The notes beneath the pieces were generated by a model that ran no database searches, had not been told where the DNA came from, and was given only the letters and a program-made list of their open reading frames with translations. Below, one piece after another: positions 34,518-48,445 of a stretch of 64,000 nucleotides of DNA (its first letter is position 1; each line of letters opens with the position of its first letter). The DNA comes from Camelus ferus (Eukaryota). The position numbers and the translations under genes are program-made. The DNA is taken from NCBI RefSeq assembly GCF_009834535.1, contig NC_045702.1:81778001-81842000 (forward strand), in the 5' to 3' direction.

Positions 34518-35952
34518 CCTTCCTTCTGGTGAATGGGTATTAGTAAGTGTAAACTACCTTATTGTATTCATTAAAAAACAAAGGAAAACTAAAGGGCCTC
34601 GCTCCACACATATTTACAAGGTGACATAGACTTTGCACAGACCACCACGCACCTTTCCTGAGTTTCATGAGCTCGAACGACCAGGTAGCTTCGGGAAGGG
34701 GGCCCCTTGGGTCATTGACACCTCTAATTCTGGGCGGCCCAATATCTGGGGGCTCAAAAGGATCTAAGTAATAGTCAAGACTGTTAGAGAAACATTTCGC
34801 AACAAGAAAATGCCCTGAGTTGTATACTTAAGCAATTTACAAATAAATGTTAATAGCTAGACGGGGTTGGTCTATATTTTCTTTTAAAAAGATGTGGAAG
34901 AGAAGACAAAAGGGAGGCCCAGCACCGCCTCTCCCACAGCCCATGTGTCCAGGTGCAATGTCTCTGACCTCGGCAGACGCAGATTTTGACCCATGTGGGT
35001 AGTGTCCTCTTTCTGGGCTGTTTTCAGCTGGTCAAACCAGAGGGCAGGAATAAACATTTTCTAGAATCCAGGTCAACTGTCAGATTCCAAGGGATATGAG
35101 AATACACAGAATGGACGAGTGATTTCCAGCAGCCCCTGCTGGTGTGTGAGGAGCCACCATGGAAGTGCTCTCTCCTCTGTATGTAAAGAGCTGGGCGCTG
35201 GGGGACACGGGTGGACACAGGCAGAGGCCTCGGATCAACCCTCAAGGGCAGGCGCTGCTGTTGGCCCCTGGAAGGCTGCTTGCTCTGGATTACACAGCCT
35301 GTTTAGAATCTGATGACAGAAGGAGATGCTCTGGGCTCTGTCACAGCATGGGTGAGTGAATTCCAGAGCCCAGGCTCCTCCTGCTTTCAGAACAGCCTGC
35401 TGAGCTGTCCAGGAAGTTGTGTAAGGAAGCAGCAGAGGATGGGCGATGACTGGGTACCGCGCGTGATGCCAAGTGGAACCGGAGAGACCGCCGTCCTCCC
35501 AGGTCCAGGCAGAGAACCCCTGTCTGAGGACTTCCCACGGTGGGGGATCCGGGGATCGGGCCGCCTCCTGCTCTCCGACCCCAGGATGGTGAGCCGTCAC
35601 CCTCAGCTCTGGATGCTGGTGCTTGCTGTGTCCTTCCAGAGCCCAGCATGGCTGCTTCCTTTTCGACACTCAGATCCCAGCTTAAATGTCACCTCCCCAG
35701 ACAGAGAGCCCGAAGTCCCCATCATCTGCAGCCCCTCTTCCCATCAGGTTCTGGGTTTGACAGTTGCATTCTCACTGCGGGACCAACTGGGTGCTCTCGG
35801 AAATCACAATCTCTCCCTCCATCTGGGATGTAGGGTCTGGGGGAGCTGGGCCTTGGTCTTGTTCCCCGCTGACCCCTGGTGCCCAGAACACCGTCTGGCA
35901 CAGGGCAGCCACCCAAGAGGAGTCAGTGAGTGACGGAATCCACGTCCTCAGG

Positions 35953-36340
35953 GTACTAGTTCTCTGTGGCCGCTGCGACACATCGCCACAAACTTGCTGT
36001 CTTCTGGCCCCGGAGGTCGGAATTCCCAGATGGGTGGGCAAGCCTGCGTTCCTCTGGAGTCCCCGGGTGCCTTGCCCCTTTCGGATTCTAGAGGCTCATG
36101 GCTCCACATCATTCAGACCTTCCCCCCACCCCCGACTCCCTCTAACTCTGACACCCCCGTCTCTCCCTGACCAGGGCCCTCGTGATTATACTAGGACCAC
36201 CCGGATGATCCAGGACAATCTCCTCATCTCAGAATCCCTAACTGGATCACAGTCATGCAGCTCCATGTAAGGTAATACGCTCACAGGTTCCTGGGAGCGA
36301 GCTGTGGACATGTTTGGGGACCATTATTCTGCCTACCACA
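35953..36340 (-). mobile_element. MaLR solo LTR (MLT1-like)
   Basis: tactagttctctgtggccgctgcgaca...accacccggatgatccaggacaatctcctcatctcag...gtaaggtaatacgctcacaggttcc...ccattattctgcctaccaca. Confidence 0.8.
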
Positions 36341-37081
36341 CTCAGGAGAGTCACTTCAGAGAGAAGCATGCTTTCCTCTGTAAACTGCAACCTGACAACG
36401 GGTTTCTAAAATGGTATAAACAAAGCCAATGCTGAGAACTGTGTCTTTCTAGAGAACTTCAGCAACTGAGGACAGACTGCTGATGACAGCCGTTGGAATT
36501 GTTTTTAAAAGAACAAATTCTACTTTCAGAAGCCCTGAAAACAAAAAATCCCTATACAGCCCATGTATCCTTTCCATAATTTGCTAGAAATATAAAGCAT
36601 ATTGAAAATTGTTCTAAATCTCTTCTGTCTCCTCTAACGAAGGACACGATCTAGTCTAAAATCTGGTCCATGTGAGCTTTATTACCTCAAAGCCTTTCCA
36701 CTTCTGCTCACTCTGTTCTTTTTTAGGGACCAGCTGAAGAGCAGTTAGGTTTACGTTCTGAGTTTTGAATCCTCTTCACTCAAAAAGTATAATTAAAAAG
36801 AAAAATTATACAGCGTTCATGTCTTTTCTAGATGACTACATGAAAGACGGGATAATTTTTTTTAAAAAACACAAACATGTATAAGAAAGTGATGTAACTA
36901 GTAATGGACATTTAGTCAATAACATTAGTAGGAAGTGTCAGATGGCCCAGATCGTCCCAAGGAACGCGCTAACGCGGTCACAAGCCTCCTGAGAGAATCA
37001 TCCAAAAGTGAGTGCCACGGAGGAAAAGAAGCGTCATCGTAAAGGCTGAGGAACACAGTCCTGGGGTTCCGTGGAGCTGTT

Positions 37082-37258
37082 TTGTTTTTCATTTTTAAGC
37101 CTTTTTTTTGGAGGGGGGGAGGTTATGGGGCAGGTAATTAGGCAATTTATTTATTTATCTAATTTGTTTTTTTTTACTTAGTGGAAGTACCGGGGATTGA
37201 ACCCAGGACCTCGTGCATGCTAAGCACACACTCTTAACCACTGAGCTACACCCTCCCT
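37082..37258 (-). mobile_element. tRNA-derived SINE (vic-1-like)
   Basis: ggggattgaacccaggacctcgtgcatgctaagcacacactcttaaccactgagctacaccctccc preceded by a T-rich tail. Confidence 0.85.
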
Positions 37259-38424
37259 GCCTGTGGCACTGTTAATATCTGAATGTGCATTCCAAATGTC
37301 CCACCCCAGATATGGTTTGCAGCAATATTTAGAGGGGATTCTAGAGAGACACACTCTTCTAGGACAATGACTACAAAACCAGAATAAATTAATTTAAATA
37401 TTAATTTGCCCTTTCTTTTCCCAAAGAGCAGAAAACGAGAAAAACATGGATTTGAGATCCCCGACTGTAGTGTATGTGATGTCCTAGTCCACCGAATATA
37501 ATTTCTATCCATCAAAATCGATTTATGGTTACTGAGGATTTTGTTTTATAAAATACCTGAAAGGGGCACTCACTCTACTGTGTGCAGTGACTCAGGGACA
37601 GCAGCCTGTGGTCATCTGAATGAGGGTAACTAATCAGGGTCAGTCTCCCCTTTACGCTTTGAACTCTGAGCTGAGTTCAAAGTGATTAGCAGGTGGTTGT
37701 CTGCGTGGGAACCATTTCTTCTATTTTTCCAGAAATTTAAAACAAAAACTCTGGAAGTCTGGACCTCTAAGAAAGTGTTGGCATATTTATTCTCTATGAC
37801 AAAGCAGAGGTGAAGTTTTGTCAACATTTTTCTGCAAAGTGTGGGCAAATTTTGCAAACTGAGCCTCAGTTTCTTTGTATTACAGTAAACAGCACAGTAG
37901 CACCTCACTTATCTGGAACTCTCCTGTCCTGGAATCTCAACAACTCTGGCCAACCTGGTTAAGATCTGGGGTGTAAGTGAAAGAAAGGATGTTAAGCAAC
38001 TAAAATAAATGTCATAAAATCCACACACTCCAGCAAGTCTCAGCTGAGAACTTTCTACGTATCCCTTTTATACATCCAAAGAGTAAAATAATTATTTATA
38101 ACTAGAAAGTTACACATGAATGATAACCAATGCTTATAACTTTGAAATCCATAATCACATTTGACGTTCACCGACAAACATTATTTCAGAATCATTCGTA
38201 TTCAAGTCAAATGGATAAAAACCCATTAAAATAGCGTGTGAGACAAACCCATAATGTATTTTGAAGACACTTCAGGAATTCTGTATATAGTGGGATAAGA
38301 GAATAGGGGATTAGCTGGTAAGTTAATAATGGTATGATGCATAAAATATTACAAGTGAAGTGGCATCATATGGCCTGCCATAGTTCTTTGTTTTAATTTA
38401 CTTTTTTTTTTATAATCCAGTAGA

Positions 38425-38632
38425 TTTTTTTAAATTGAAGTATGGTGCCAGTTTCTGGTGTACAGCATGTTTCAGTCACACATATACATATATATTTTCC
38501 TTTTCATATTCTTTTTTTTAATTATAGGTTACTACAAGATATTGAATATAGTTCCCTGTGCTATACAGTATGAACTTGTGGTTTACCTATTTTATATATA
38601 GTGGTTAGTATCTGCACATCTCGAACTCCCAA
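38425..38632 (-). mobile_element. Short LINE-1 3' end (GLI3-sense orientation)
   Basis: aaattgaagtatggtg...gatattgaatatagttccctgtgctatacagta...gtatctgcacatctcgaactccc, the reverse complement of the same L1 3' UTR. Confidence 0.85.
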
Positions 38633-39974
38633 AGTTCTTTATGTTGCGAGGGTAAATGGAGCTGATTATAAAATTTAAGAGATCTGTCTCCAAGTAAAAG
38701 CAAATTAAAAAAGAAAATGAGGAATTATGAGAAAGACGGCATGAGGCTGGATCACCCAGCCATATGTATTTAGAGATAAAAGTTTCTATTTCATTGTTTA
38801 ATGACGTCAATCCACATGGCTTTACCTGTTTGCTAAAAAATAATAGTTTTTCCTTAGAGTTGCATGGAACATCTCCTTCCACTGAGTCTCAGGGTCAGGG
38901 TTCCTATGTGTTAAGACAGAGTATATGTGGGTAAGGGGGAGGGAGGTGTGGAGAACTGAGTAATTAATACTCTACACATTTTATTTACATTTGCTTCAGT
39001 GGAAAGGCTCATCGGTTCCTAGGTTTATCTCCAGAATCCCTCCCTGACCTGGCAGACCCAGCAGAGAGCTGGGCAGGCCTGAGATCACTGAGGAAGCGAA
39101 ACCACGGTAGAGCCCTGACGTGGGTGGTCACGGAAAGACCCAAGAGCAAAGGCACCGTCTCTCACCCAAAGGGAAGAAGAGGGAAGAATACATGGCAACT
39201 GTAGATCTTAGAAAATGTTTTAAATGTAAAATCGACACTAATGTCCCCAAACACATTTTTTTCAGCTGCCTTGGTTGGTAAAATTTTGTTCGGAGGTGAA
39301 TTTTTTAGGCCATCCTTAAAAGACACTCATGTGATGCTTTTGTAGTGTATTTCTTCGGGTCGGGCATTGGGATTATGACATTTCATGCTGCAATTAACCC
39401 AGTTTTCTACATGCTGAAGGATCCAGTGATGCTGCTTCCTTTTCGATATCCCGTCCCCCCTGACTCCCACTCACAAAACCAGCACTGGAGGTAAAGTCAG
39501 GCAACAGCCCACATGCCGGAATCTGAGGGCCCCACTATTGGACAGACTGGCTTCAAGCAGGCATCTAATCAAAACCAACTCTGTGGTTACTTTGTGGCCG
39601 CCATACTAACGAGGTCATCCACCTTCGGGTTGCAGCTGTGGAATTCACTGCACGGCAGCTGCCGCTCAAAGGGGGAACAATTCTTTCCGGTTTTGCAGAA
39701 AACAGGCCAACAGCTGTTATCACTGGTGTATGTGTAAGTACAGGGACACGCACACATGCATATGCTTCTATTTGAAAGGAAAAAAAAATAGCTCCCATGT
39801 CCATCCATAAAAGCTCCCAGGGCAAGATAACTGGAAAGCCCAGCAGCCCCAGAAGTAATGAGCACATAAATAAAGACCTACACACTCACAAAATGAGTAA
39901 GTTTCACCCCCAATGTTTACACTGAGGTGTATGCACTCTTGGAATAATGCTTTGGACAAAAACACATCAGGCTT

Positions 39975-40122
39975 GGGAGATGGAGGGTGTAGCTCAGTGG
40001 TAGAGTGTGTGCTTAGCATGCAGGAGGCCCTGGGTTCAATTCCCAGTACTTCTATTTAAATGAATGAACGAATGAATATTTAAAAAGCGAATTACCACCC
40101 CTCCCCTCAAAAAAAGAAAAAA
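39975..40122 (+). mobile_element. tRNA-derived SINE (vic-1-like)
   Basis: gtgtagctcagtggtagagtgtgtgcttagcatgcaggaggccctgggttcaattccc followed by an A tail. TSD aacacatcaggctt / aatacattaggctt. Confidence 0.87.
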
Positions 40123-43100
40123 AAATACATTAGGCTTTCTAGGATGCGAGTGTCCTAAAAGGCTTTAAAAGCTGAGTTGCCATTAAACAGCCAAACAGAC
40201 AAAACCTCCAAGGACATGAGCAGCAGTGATGCAGTCTCCGAGGAGATCTGGCTGGAAGCACCCAAACCCTGCACCTGGTCAGCCACGCAGACGTGGTTAG
40301 GAAAAGCACAATCGAGCGTTTACAAGGGGTCATCCCTAGAACTGATCGTTTCCCTGTGATGGATAGCATTCCTGCCCATCCTTGCAGGCACGCCTCCCAC
40401 TGGAGGATTTCTAGGAGAGCAGGAAGTAAGAGGAACAGAAGAGTAGGTTCCCAGAGAGACCAGCAGGTTCGGTAAGTGGCTGAATGCCTGTGACTCAGCC
40501 CACTGATGTCCTTGAGCACCAGTTCTCCGGTCCCTAAAACAGGGCAGCCTCCCTGGAGCCTCGAAGGCTTCCTGCGGTTCTCGGATCAGTGGGCCACGGC
40601 TGTGCACAGCCTGGCCCTGCCCACCTCCAACCCAGGGGTCGTGGGCTTCTGAGAGTCTCTCCACACCTGAACTCTTCCCAGTCCGGGGCCTGGCCTGTTC
40701 CACCGACCCATTCCTCTCTGATGGGAGGCCCTTCCCTTCCGTGAGTTCCGTGAGGACAGGGGTCACGTGTCTCATTCATCTTTGCAGCCCCCATGCCCAG
40801 CAGTGACCAGCACGTAGCTGAACACGCAATACAATATTTAGGGGATGCATGAGCGATGGATTAAATGAGGTACTACACAAAGCCAGTGGCCACATCGGGG
40901 AGTAAATGAAAAGTCTCTTTCTGAGTTAGTATTAATTACTTCCACTGCCGCTGGGGGCGAAGGCTGTCTCGTCATTTGTAGAAGATGCAATCAGAGAGTT
41001 TAAGGGCACTGGTCCTTTGGCTCGGTGCTCATTCACTCTTCCCTGTTTCCCGCCCAAGTCACTTGGCGTTGTTTCTCTGACACAAATGTTTCCTCCCAGC
41101 AGGCCACAGCACAGGGCCAAGGTCTCAACTCTGCCTCAGGAAATGGCACTGGACCTGCCGGAAGCATCCTTACTCTGGGGGCTGGCGGGGACGGCTGATG
41201 GCACCCAGGGGAGAAGACCCCTGCTGTCTGGTCACTGGGCAGAGCTGGTCTGTTCTGGCACCAGAAAACACACACTGACATGTGGCCCTGCCCCTCTTGG
41301 CACTCAACTCTCATCTTCTTGAGACGTCTGTCCTGGCCAGGCCAGACCTGAAACTACAAGGCTATGAAACTATCTCCATTTTAGCCATTAAACCCAATGT
41401 GAGAAAGATGTAACTGGTCGGGTAGGACGGAGTGGATGACTCGTTTCTTCATTCCATTATGTCTGCTGGACGATTACCAGAGGATGAGGGTTATCTGAAA
41501 CACCTCGTCTTCCAATGGGAGCGCAGATTCTAGGGGAAGGCATTAGCAGAGGTCAGACTAGCCCTAACACAGTGCCATTAACTGGCTATTTATGAGACTA
41601 GCCTGGGCCGCAGACAGTGGGGGTGACAGGCTGTACTTGGTAAATGTAGATCACCTAGTCTTAGGCGGGAGTGATGGAGAAGTTAAAGCATTCCGAGACA
41701 GGTCAACATTTCACAACATCCTTCCCAAGGGCATGGAGTTATTTTCTGAATGATCATTTTAGTTATGATATTAAAAAAGTCTTGTGATGTACCTTTGGAC
41801 AATAAGTTTTAATAAGGTAGGCAAAAATCAAATGTTATGTTTTGATATGGCCACGAGCTTTTGTGAATAAAGATGTGATTTATATGGTATTTTTATAGCA
41901 GTCTGAATTCTTAAGTAAATATATAAACATAAGAACCATATACAAACTTAAGATAGATAATTGCTTTTTTCTCTGTTTATTCTGTATCCATCCCTCTGTG
42001 TCTCTGTATATCTATCAACCTATGGACATATGATATTCTCTCCACAGAGAATGTAACTTTCTGAAAACCAGAATTATTCACCCACCACATAGAAACTTCC
42101 TTTAATAAAGAGGGTGATTAGAATTCTGATCGCTCAATAAAGAGCTCCTTCAATTATTCACTCAAGAAATATTTGTTGGGTTGTGACAAGGTGACAGGGC
42201 AGAGATGTCGCGGGGTGGGGAGTGTGGTGGTGAACACAGCCCTCAACCTTCTGGCATTTGTGGTCTAGTGGAGGGAAACATTTAGCAAACTACCAGGATG
42301 AGCAGGTAAATACGGGGATTTCAAATAGTGGTAGACGCCAGTGTCAGCCTCCTGGCGAACAGCATTTGAGCTGGGACACGTACACGAAGGAGATGGCTAC
42401 AGTATTTTTTTTAGAAAACTGAATGAGTGCCTTTACACACTGAAAGACATCTTTGGAAACTGAAGTGACACCATTACGATCTGCACTGCTAACACTAGAA
42501 GCAGATGAGGATTCGAGAACACGCAAGTTTGATAGTCAAATGTGTTCGGGGCAAATCAAAAAGTGAGGGATTGGAGTGCTGGCACCGACGCCCACCAGGC
42601 ACATGACCTTCGCCGGCTTCCTCTTGTAAAGACTGTGCTGATGGATCAAACAAGAATAACACGATGTTTTCCAAAACTGCTGTGAGACGGGAATGGTGGG
42701 CACACTCACATCTACTGTGTCCCTTGGTACAAAGCAGAGGTGAGATGCGTCGCAACTCTACATTCACTCTTGTATCTTTCCTTCTGGGACAGTCAGCTGC
42801 CCTTTGAAGATTTCTTCATGCTTCTTCCTTTCCCGTCATCCACTGGTCCCACCCCTTACTGATGATTCCTCACACCTGTCTTTACATTTACAAAGTGAAA
42901 CTTGGAACAGGGCAGGTACTGACGTTTCTCCAGCTAAAGGACTGGCAGGTGGTGCCCATCCTAATTATTCTAATCATTGTGTTATTCTGGCAAGCGGATC
43001 TCATCTTGGGTTATCTGTATTACTTCATACGCACCAAACGCCAGGTCTTATCCTAACACACAGTGGATGGGTGTTGAAGAATGAGCGAGCGGTCAGGCTG

Positions 43101-44867
43101 CAAAAGAGAGGATGGGCTGGTGGGGAGCCGAAGTCAAGGGAGACCTGAGTGCGCGATGGCCCTGGTCACGTGATTGCAAATGGGTCTCCCAGGACCTGAG
43201 TGGTCTGAAGAATCTCTGCTTCCAGCTTGAATGAGAATAACCAGGTCTGTCGTAGCTCCTTGGAGGCAGGGGACAATGATGGCTACAAGTCAGGATACTG
43301 GCAGTCTCTCAAGGATTACCTGGGAGGTACTAGATTACCTGGGAAAGGGGAGGAGACCAAGAAACCAGCAAAGATGCTGGAGTAAGACTAAAGACAGAGC
43401 ACTGTGACCGTCTGGGCACCATTTTCTTCTAAGTCCTTTTCCTTCTATCTAAGCCCTTTAGAGGCTGTAAAAAGTCAAGATAGGCGCACAGAAAGTGAGG
43501 AGGAAGAAAAACGAAGGAGAAGTAAGAGACGTGAATGCTCATGAAGTGTGTCCATGTGAATATCATTCATGTGAATTTCACTGTGTGCCTCATTTCTACC
43601 ACTCTGATGCTCTGACTTCTGGTCAACCCACAGAATAATCACGTGATAAATAATCACATGATTTCAGCAAACTGAGCTAGGTCAATGGCAATCTATAACT
43701 CCAGGAGTATTTGCCAGGAGTGCAGAACAGCCAGGCCGTGGTTTGGAGACGGGCACACTTCCGCAGAGCCAGGCCGGGGTGATCACTGGGGCAGCGGGGC
43801 CAGGCGCCCATAGCCCATCTTCTGGTCGGACCATAAGGGGAAGTTCTCCTGAGGCTGTGTCCACAGGTAGGGGTCTCCAACCTGGAGCTGCTGACGCACA
43901 CCAGCTTTAACAAAAGACACCCTTTCCTCCACAGTGGGTGTCTCGTCTGTAGTTTACAAACGTTAAGACTGAATTTCAGAGCCGACCGGCAAGTGAGGTT
44001 GGCACCACTGGTGGCAAAGCTGGAATGTGACTACAGTCATGACGGACGCCCAAACCCACCTTCAGGGCTGCAGCGGCTCATCCTGGAACCAACCCAGGGC
44101 CCCTCTGTAGGCACCGACTGCTACCGGGGAAGCAGAGTTATTTGCTCTGCTCCGTGTTTCCACATCTTCTTGACCATATTAAAAGAACAGACGCAGCAGA
44201 AAATGACATCATCTCAAAATGGGGATTTATAATATTTAAACATTAACTTGCCTGCCAAGGAGCACTGCTGATCACCGAACAAGCAACGAATCAAAACTGT
44301 AATGGAAACACTGCTGAAAAAATAACGGTACTCATCGTTTCTAGTAAATATGGTATGTGACCATTGCAAACACTTTTTTTTTTTTTTCTGGAATGTTAGG
44401 GTTTCCTGAATACATATATCCATCATGGAAGACCCACCAACTCCTTTAGATGAGAACCCCTGCTGTTTCCTTTTCTTTCTTCCTCCCAGTGCACCTTGCT
44501 CCTGTGAGACAGGACACACGCCCGGTCTTTTGATTTTGGCCTCTGTCCTTGCAAGTGTCGTGTGACCAGGTATGAAGTTGGTTTTTCTTCTCTAGAGGAA
44601 AACTCTAGAGCTTACTCTAACCAGTAAGAGGAGAAAAAGGTTGCTACACTCACTGTCTCTAAGAAGTGGATTTCATCATTCCTGAGCAATGACACTTCTC
44701 TCTACGGACCACCAACTGATGTCTGCAAAATAATTATAATCAGCTTTGGACCCATCCCGGTGACACCTGACCTGCGTTCCAGGTCAGGCCCGGTGTCCTG
44801 ATGTATCCTCCCTCTTAGGTAGTCAGGATGGCAAACACAGGTGCAGACAAATGCTGACGTTTCATTA

Positions 44868-45248
<381 letters not shown>

Positions 45249-45667
45249 CTACAATTGAGGAAATTAGGGAGAAATATTTATCTTCCAGGGGCTTACCTCG
45301 GGGGAGCTCTGTTTATTAATGTGCAGGCAAAATGATAAATTGCTAAACAAAAGGGAAAGACTTTTATGTGTTATCCCTCTCATTTCCAGTGATTTATGAA
45401 TCTGACGGCTGCTTGGATATTCTCATCATTAATTCACCACAAGCGACAAAGACAGTGGTTCCCACAGTTACGCCGCACACCACCCTCCCTGCCCCAACGT
45501 GCACCGTTCTAAGGCAATGAGCCAAAGGGAAAACTGAATTAAAGTATCCTAAGATAAAAAACGCAGCTTAGTTATGCTCTCATTTCCCCTTGATTTCTGT
45601 AGTTATCTGATCCTCGGTATGCTTACAGCTTTATTGAAAAAACTGATAAATACATTATCCTAAATTA

Positions 45668-45871
45668 ATGGTTCTCGATGGGGGGGGGGATTTGCCCCCA
45701 GGGGACATGTGACAACATCTGGAGACATTTTGGTTATCACAACACATGGGGTGCTACTCACATCTCATGGGTAGAGGCCAGGGAAGCTGTGGTACACCCT
45801 GGGATGTGCAGGGCAGCCCTCCACTGTGAAGAAACATCTGGACCCAGTAGTGCCGAGATGGGGGATCCCTG
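45668..45871. mobile_element. MER20-like hAT DNA transposon relic
   Basis: tggttctc...tttgcccccaggggacatgtgacaacatctggagacattttggttatcacaac...gggtagaggccaggga...atgtgcagggcagccc. Confidence 0.8.
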
Positions 45872-46148
45872 TTCTAAATTCTCCATAATCTAACAGAATC
45901 AGTTCCAAGAAACATTTACAATCTTGAGATGTGGTTTGTTGACACATTTCCTAAGATGGGGGAGGAAAACCCCTGCCAGCATTGTCATGAGACTGGACGA
46001 GTCAGAATTAATTCTCTGGACTTATTAGATCAATCAGTTAATTAATAAACTTTCTGCACTTAAGAGTTTTTAGACTCCAGGAAGAGTCCACCAATGAAGT
46101 TCTATTCTGAAGGGTACTAACTCACACTTTAACATCTGCCAACTTACA

Positions 46149-46304
46149 GGGGGAGGGTGTAGCTCAAGTGGTAGAGTGCCTGCTTAGCATGCAGGAGGTC
46201 CTGAGTTCAATTCCGAGTACCTCCTCCGAAAATAAATAAATAAATAAACCTAATTATCTCCCCACCCAAAGTTAAATAAATAAAATTAATTAATTAAAAA
46301 AAAA
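46149..46304 (+). mobile_element. tRNA-derived SINE (vic-1-like)
   Basis: gggagggtgtagctcaagtggtagagtgcctgcttagcatgcaggaggtcctgagttcaattcc with a (taaa)n tail. TSD aacatctgccaactta / aacacttgccaactta. Confidence 0.87.
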
Positions 46305-47427
46305 AACACTTGCCAACTTAATACAATGGATGGCCGTTTGCCTTCAATTTGGTAGATGCCAGAGATTTGAATTTGAGGGTGTAAGTACCCAAAGGCCAAC
46401 TCCTGCCTTTTCTAAGGTCACATTTACATTATAGTCATTCAGCTGAAGTTTAATGACAGAATGAGAGCATAATTCCACTAGGGAAGAGGCAAATCGAATA
46501 TGATTACCTTTAAGAAATAATGGAGAGTCTGTATTTCAAAGGACTGGTATACCTGCCCACAGGGACATGACAATTTTGTGGAACCCAGAAAACTGGAGGA
46601 GGAGGCAAGAAAAATGACCTAGGCACTTGGTCTCTACTGGAAATATTTTCTTCATCAGAGACGGACCTTGGCAAAAGCTAACAATCCAACATGCTTTGAG
46701 ATCATTTAATGAAACACAATAGGTGGACAGGAAAGACCCTATAGATAATATTATAGAAATAAATACGTATATTTTATAGTTAGTAAAAAAGTAAATCACA
46801 AACTGGAACTTACTAACTTAGTACCATCCATGTAGAAAACTGGAAAACCAACGTGAATGACGAATGGGAGACCTACTCAAATCTTTCAAGCACATTGAAA
46901 ACGGAATTTCTTCATTTAGAATAGACTCATTACCCCCCGATTTAGGGCACGTTAGTACAAAAATAGCAATCCCACATCTTGTACTGTTCAAATCAACACC
47001 TTCCTGTTATTGTAGGGTCTGCCTTACACAAAAATGTCTCACTTTTACTTCATCATAAAAGCTTTTCAGTCAAGAAATGCATTCCACTTCCAAAAGATTC
47101 CAAGCACAAACCAGAATTACGGTCGACTTCCATTTAATCCCGGACAATAACCCTTTTCAATGGGACTCAGTGATCCCTGGCAGAATTAGAAGTAACAGGA
47201 CATTCCAGAGAGCTGATTCCCTGAGTTTTTAAATCACCAATGAGATAAGGAGGCCATCTGATGCTATGAAACACCAGAGGCCTATATCCACCTCACATCA
47301 TCCAAAGACAGAGCCCAGGGCCTGGCTCCATCCTTTCCATGGAAACCTTCAAGTTCCTCAGGGCCTGGCTGGTTCAGCTCCTCTCTGTTTTTCCCTCCAA
47401 GATGGGCACTTATTTAAGTCACTTTCT

Positions 47428-47503
47428 TTAAAAAAAAATTTTTTTAACGGAGGTACTGGGGATTGAACCTAGGACTCATGCACACGAAGCTACACCCTCC
47501 TCC
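47428..47503 (-). mobile_element. Internally deleted tRNA-derived SINE (vic-1-like)
   Basis: ggaggtactggggattgaacctaggactcatgcacacgaagctacaccctcc: both family ends are present, with about 20 bp missing internally. Confidence 0.75.
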
Positions 47504-48281
47504 CTTTGAGTCAGTTTCCACCAGTGTGAGCAGTGCAGTTTTCAGGCATCTCTAGGCTGTTCCTCATAGGGATTACCTGCTCTCCTGTCTTTTAAGGCCA
47601 CTTGAATTCCAAAAGGGAGAATCAGAGCCATAAAACAGACCTGTTCACTCTAATGTGCAACATAAACACTCTACCCCAAAGCTGGCTGAGCCCAGACAGG
47701 CCCACTGGGGACACATTTAAAAGCCAGGCACCCATCTGACCCCTTTTATTGCAGTTTCTGCCAGCAGAGAGCCTGAAGATCTGTAGCAATGGAGCCGAGT
47801 GACCAGCTCCATCTCGGTCTGGCTCTGCTGTTGCTCTTCCAGAGCCAACGTCGGGATGGAAAATTGTTTCACTCTCTGTTGAAAAGGTCTCTGATGATTT
47901 TAAAAATTGAAAGCATGAGAACATTCGTCTTCTGTTCTGTTTAGCTAAATGAGATTTCAGCTATTGTAGAGGGCAGGGATATAGAACTTGGAGCACTTTC
48001 CAACCCTTTAATATGCTCTACTCAACCCCCTAAGAACCAAGCAAGGAAAGAGAAAGCCAGCAGCCTTTTGGGCAGTGATTTGGGACCCTCTGTTGAAGGG
48101 AAGGGCTAAACCACAGGTGAGGATTTCAAGACAGCTGACAGACGTCGTCCAGTTCTTCACTGACCATCCTTCATCCATAAGCCTGAGCATTCTCATTGCT
48201 GCAACACAGATCTCTCTGATCTGGCTCTCTGTTAATTGTTTTGTTTCCCTTAGTCTAATGAAAAACTCTGACAAAGAAAAA

Positions 48282-48445
48282 NNNNNNNNNNNNNNNNNNN
48301 NNNNNNNNNNNNNNNNNNNNNNNNNNNNNNNNNNNNNNNNNNNNNNNNNNNNNNNNNNNNNNNNNNNNNNNNNNNNNNNNNNNNNNNNNNNNNNNNNNNN
48401 NNNNNNNNNNNNNNNNNNNNNNNNNNNNNNNNNNNNNNNNNNNNN
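48282..48445. other. Assembly gap (164 N)
   Basis: Run of N. Confidence 0.99.

Noticed and set aside
35313-35933. 206-aa + strand ORF and overlapping ORFs
   Set aside because: No recognisable homology; several frames are open because of high GC content.
39975-40122. SINE heads as functional tRNA genes (also the other seven copies)
   Set aside because: They have A-rich tails and TSDs, no intact cloverleaf 3' end, and diverge among copies; they are retroposed SINEs.
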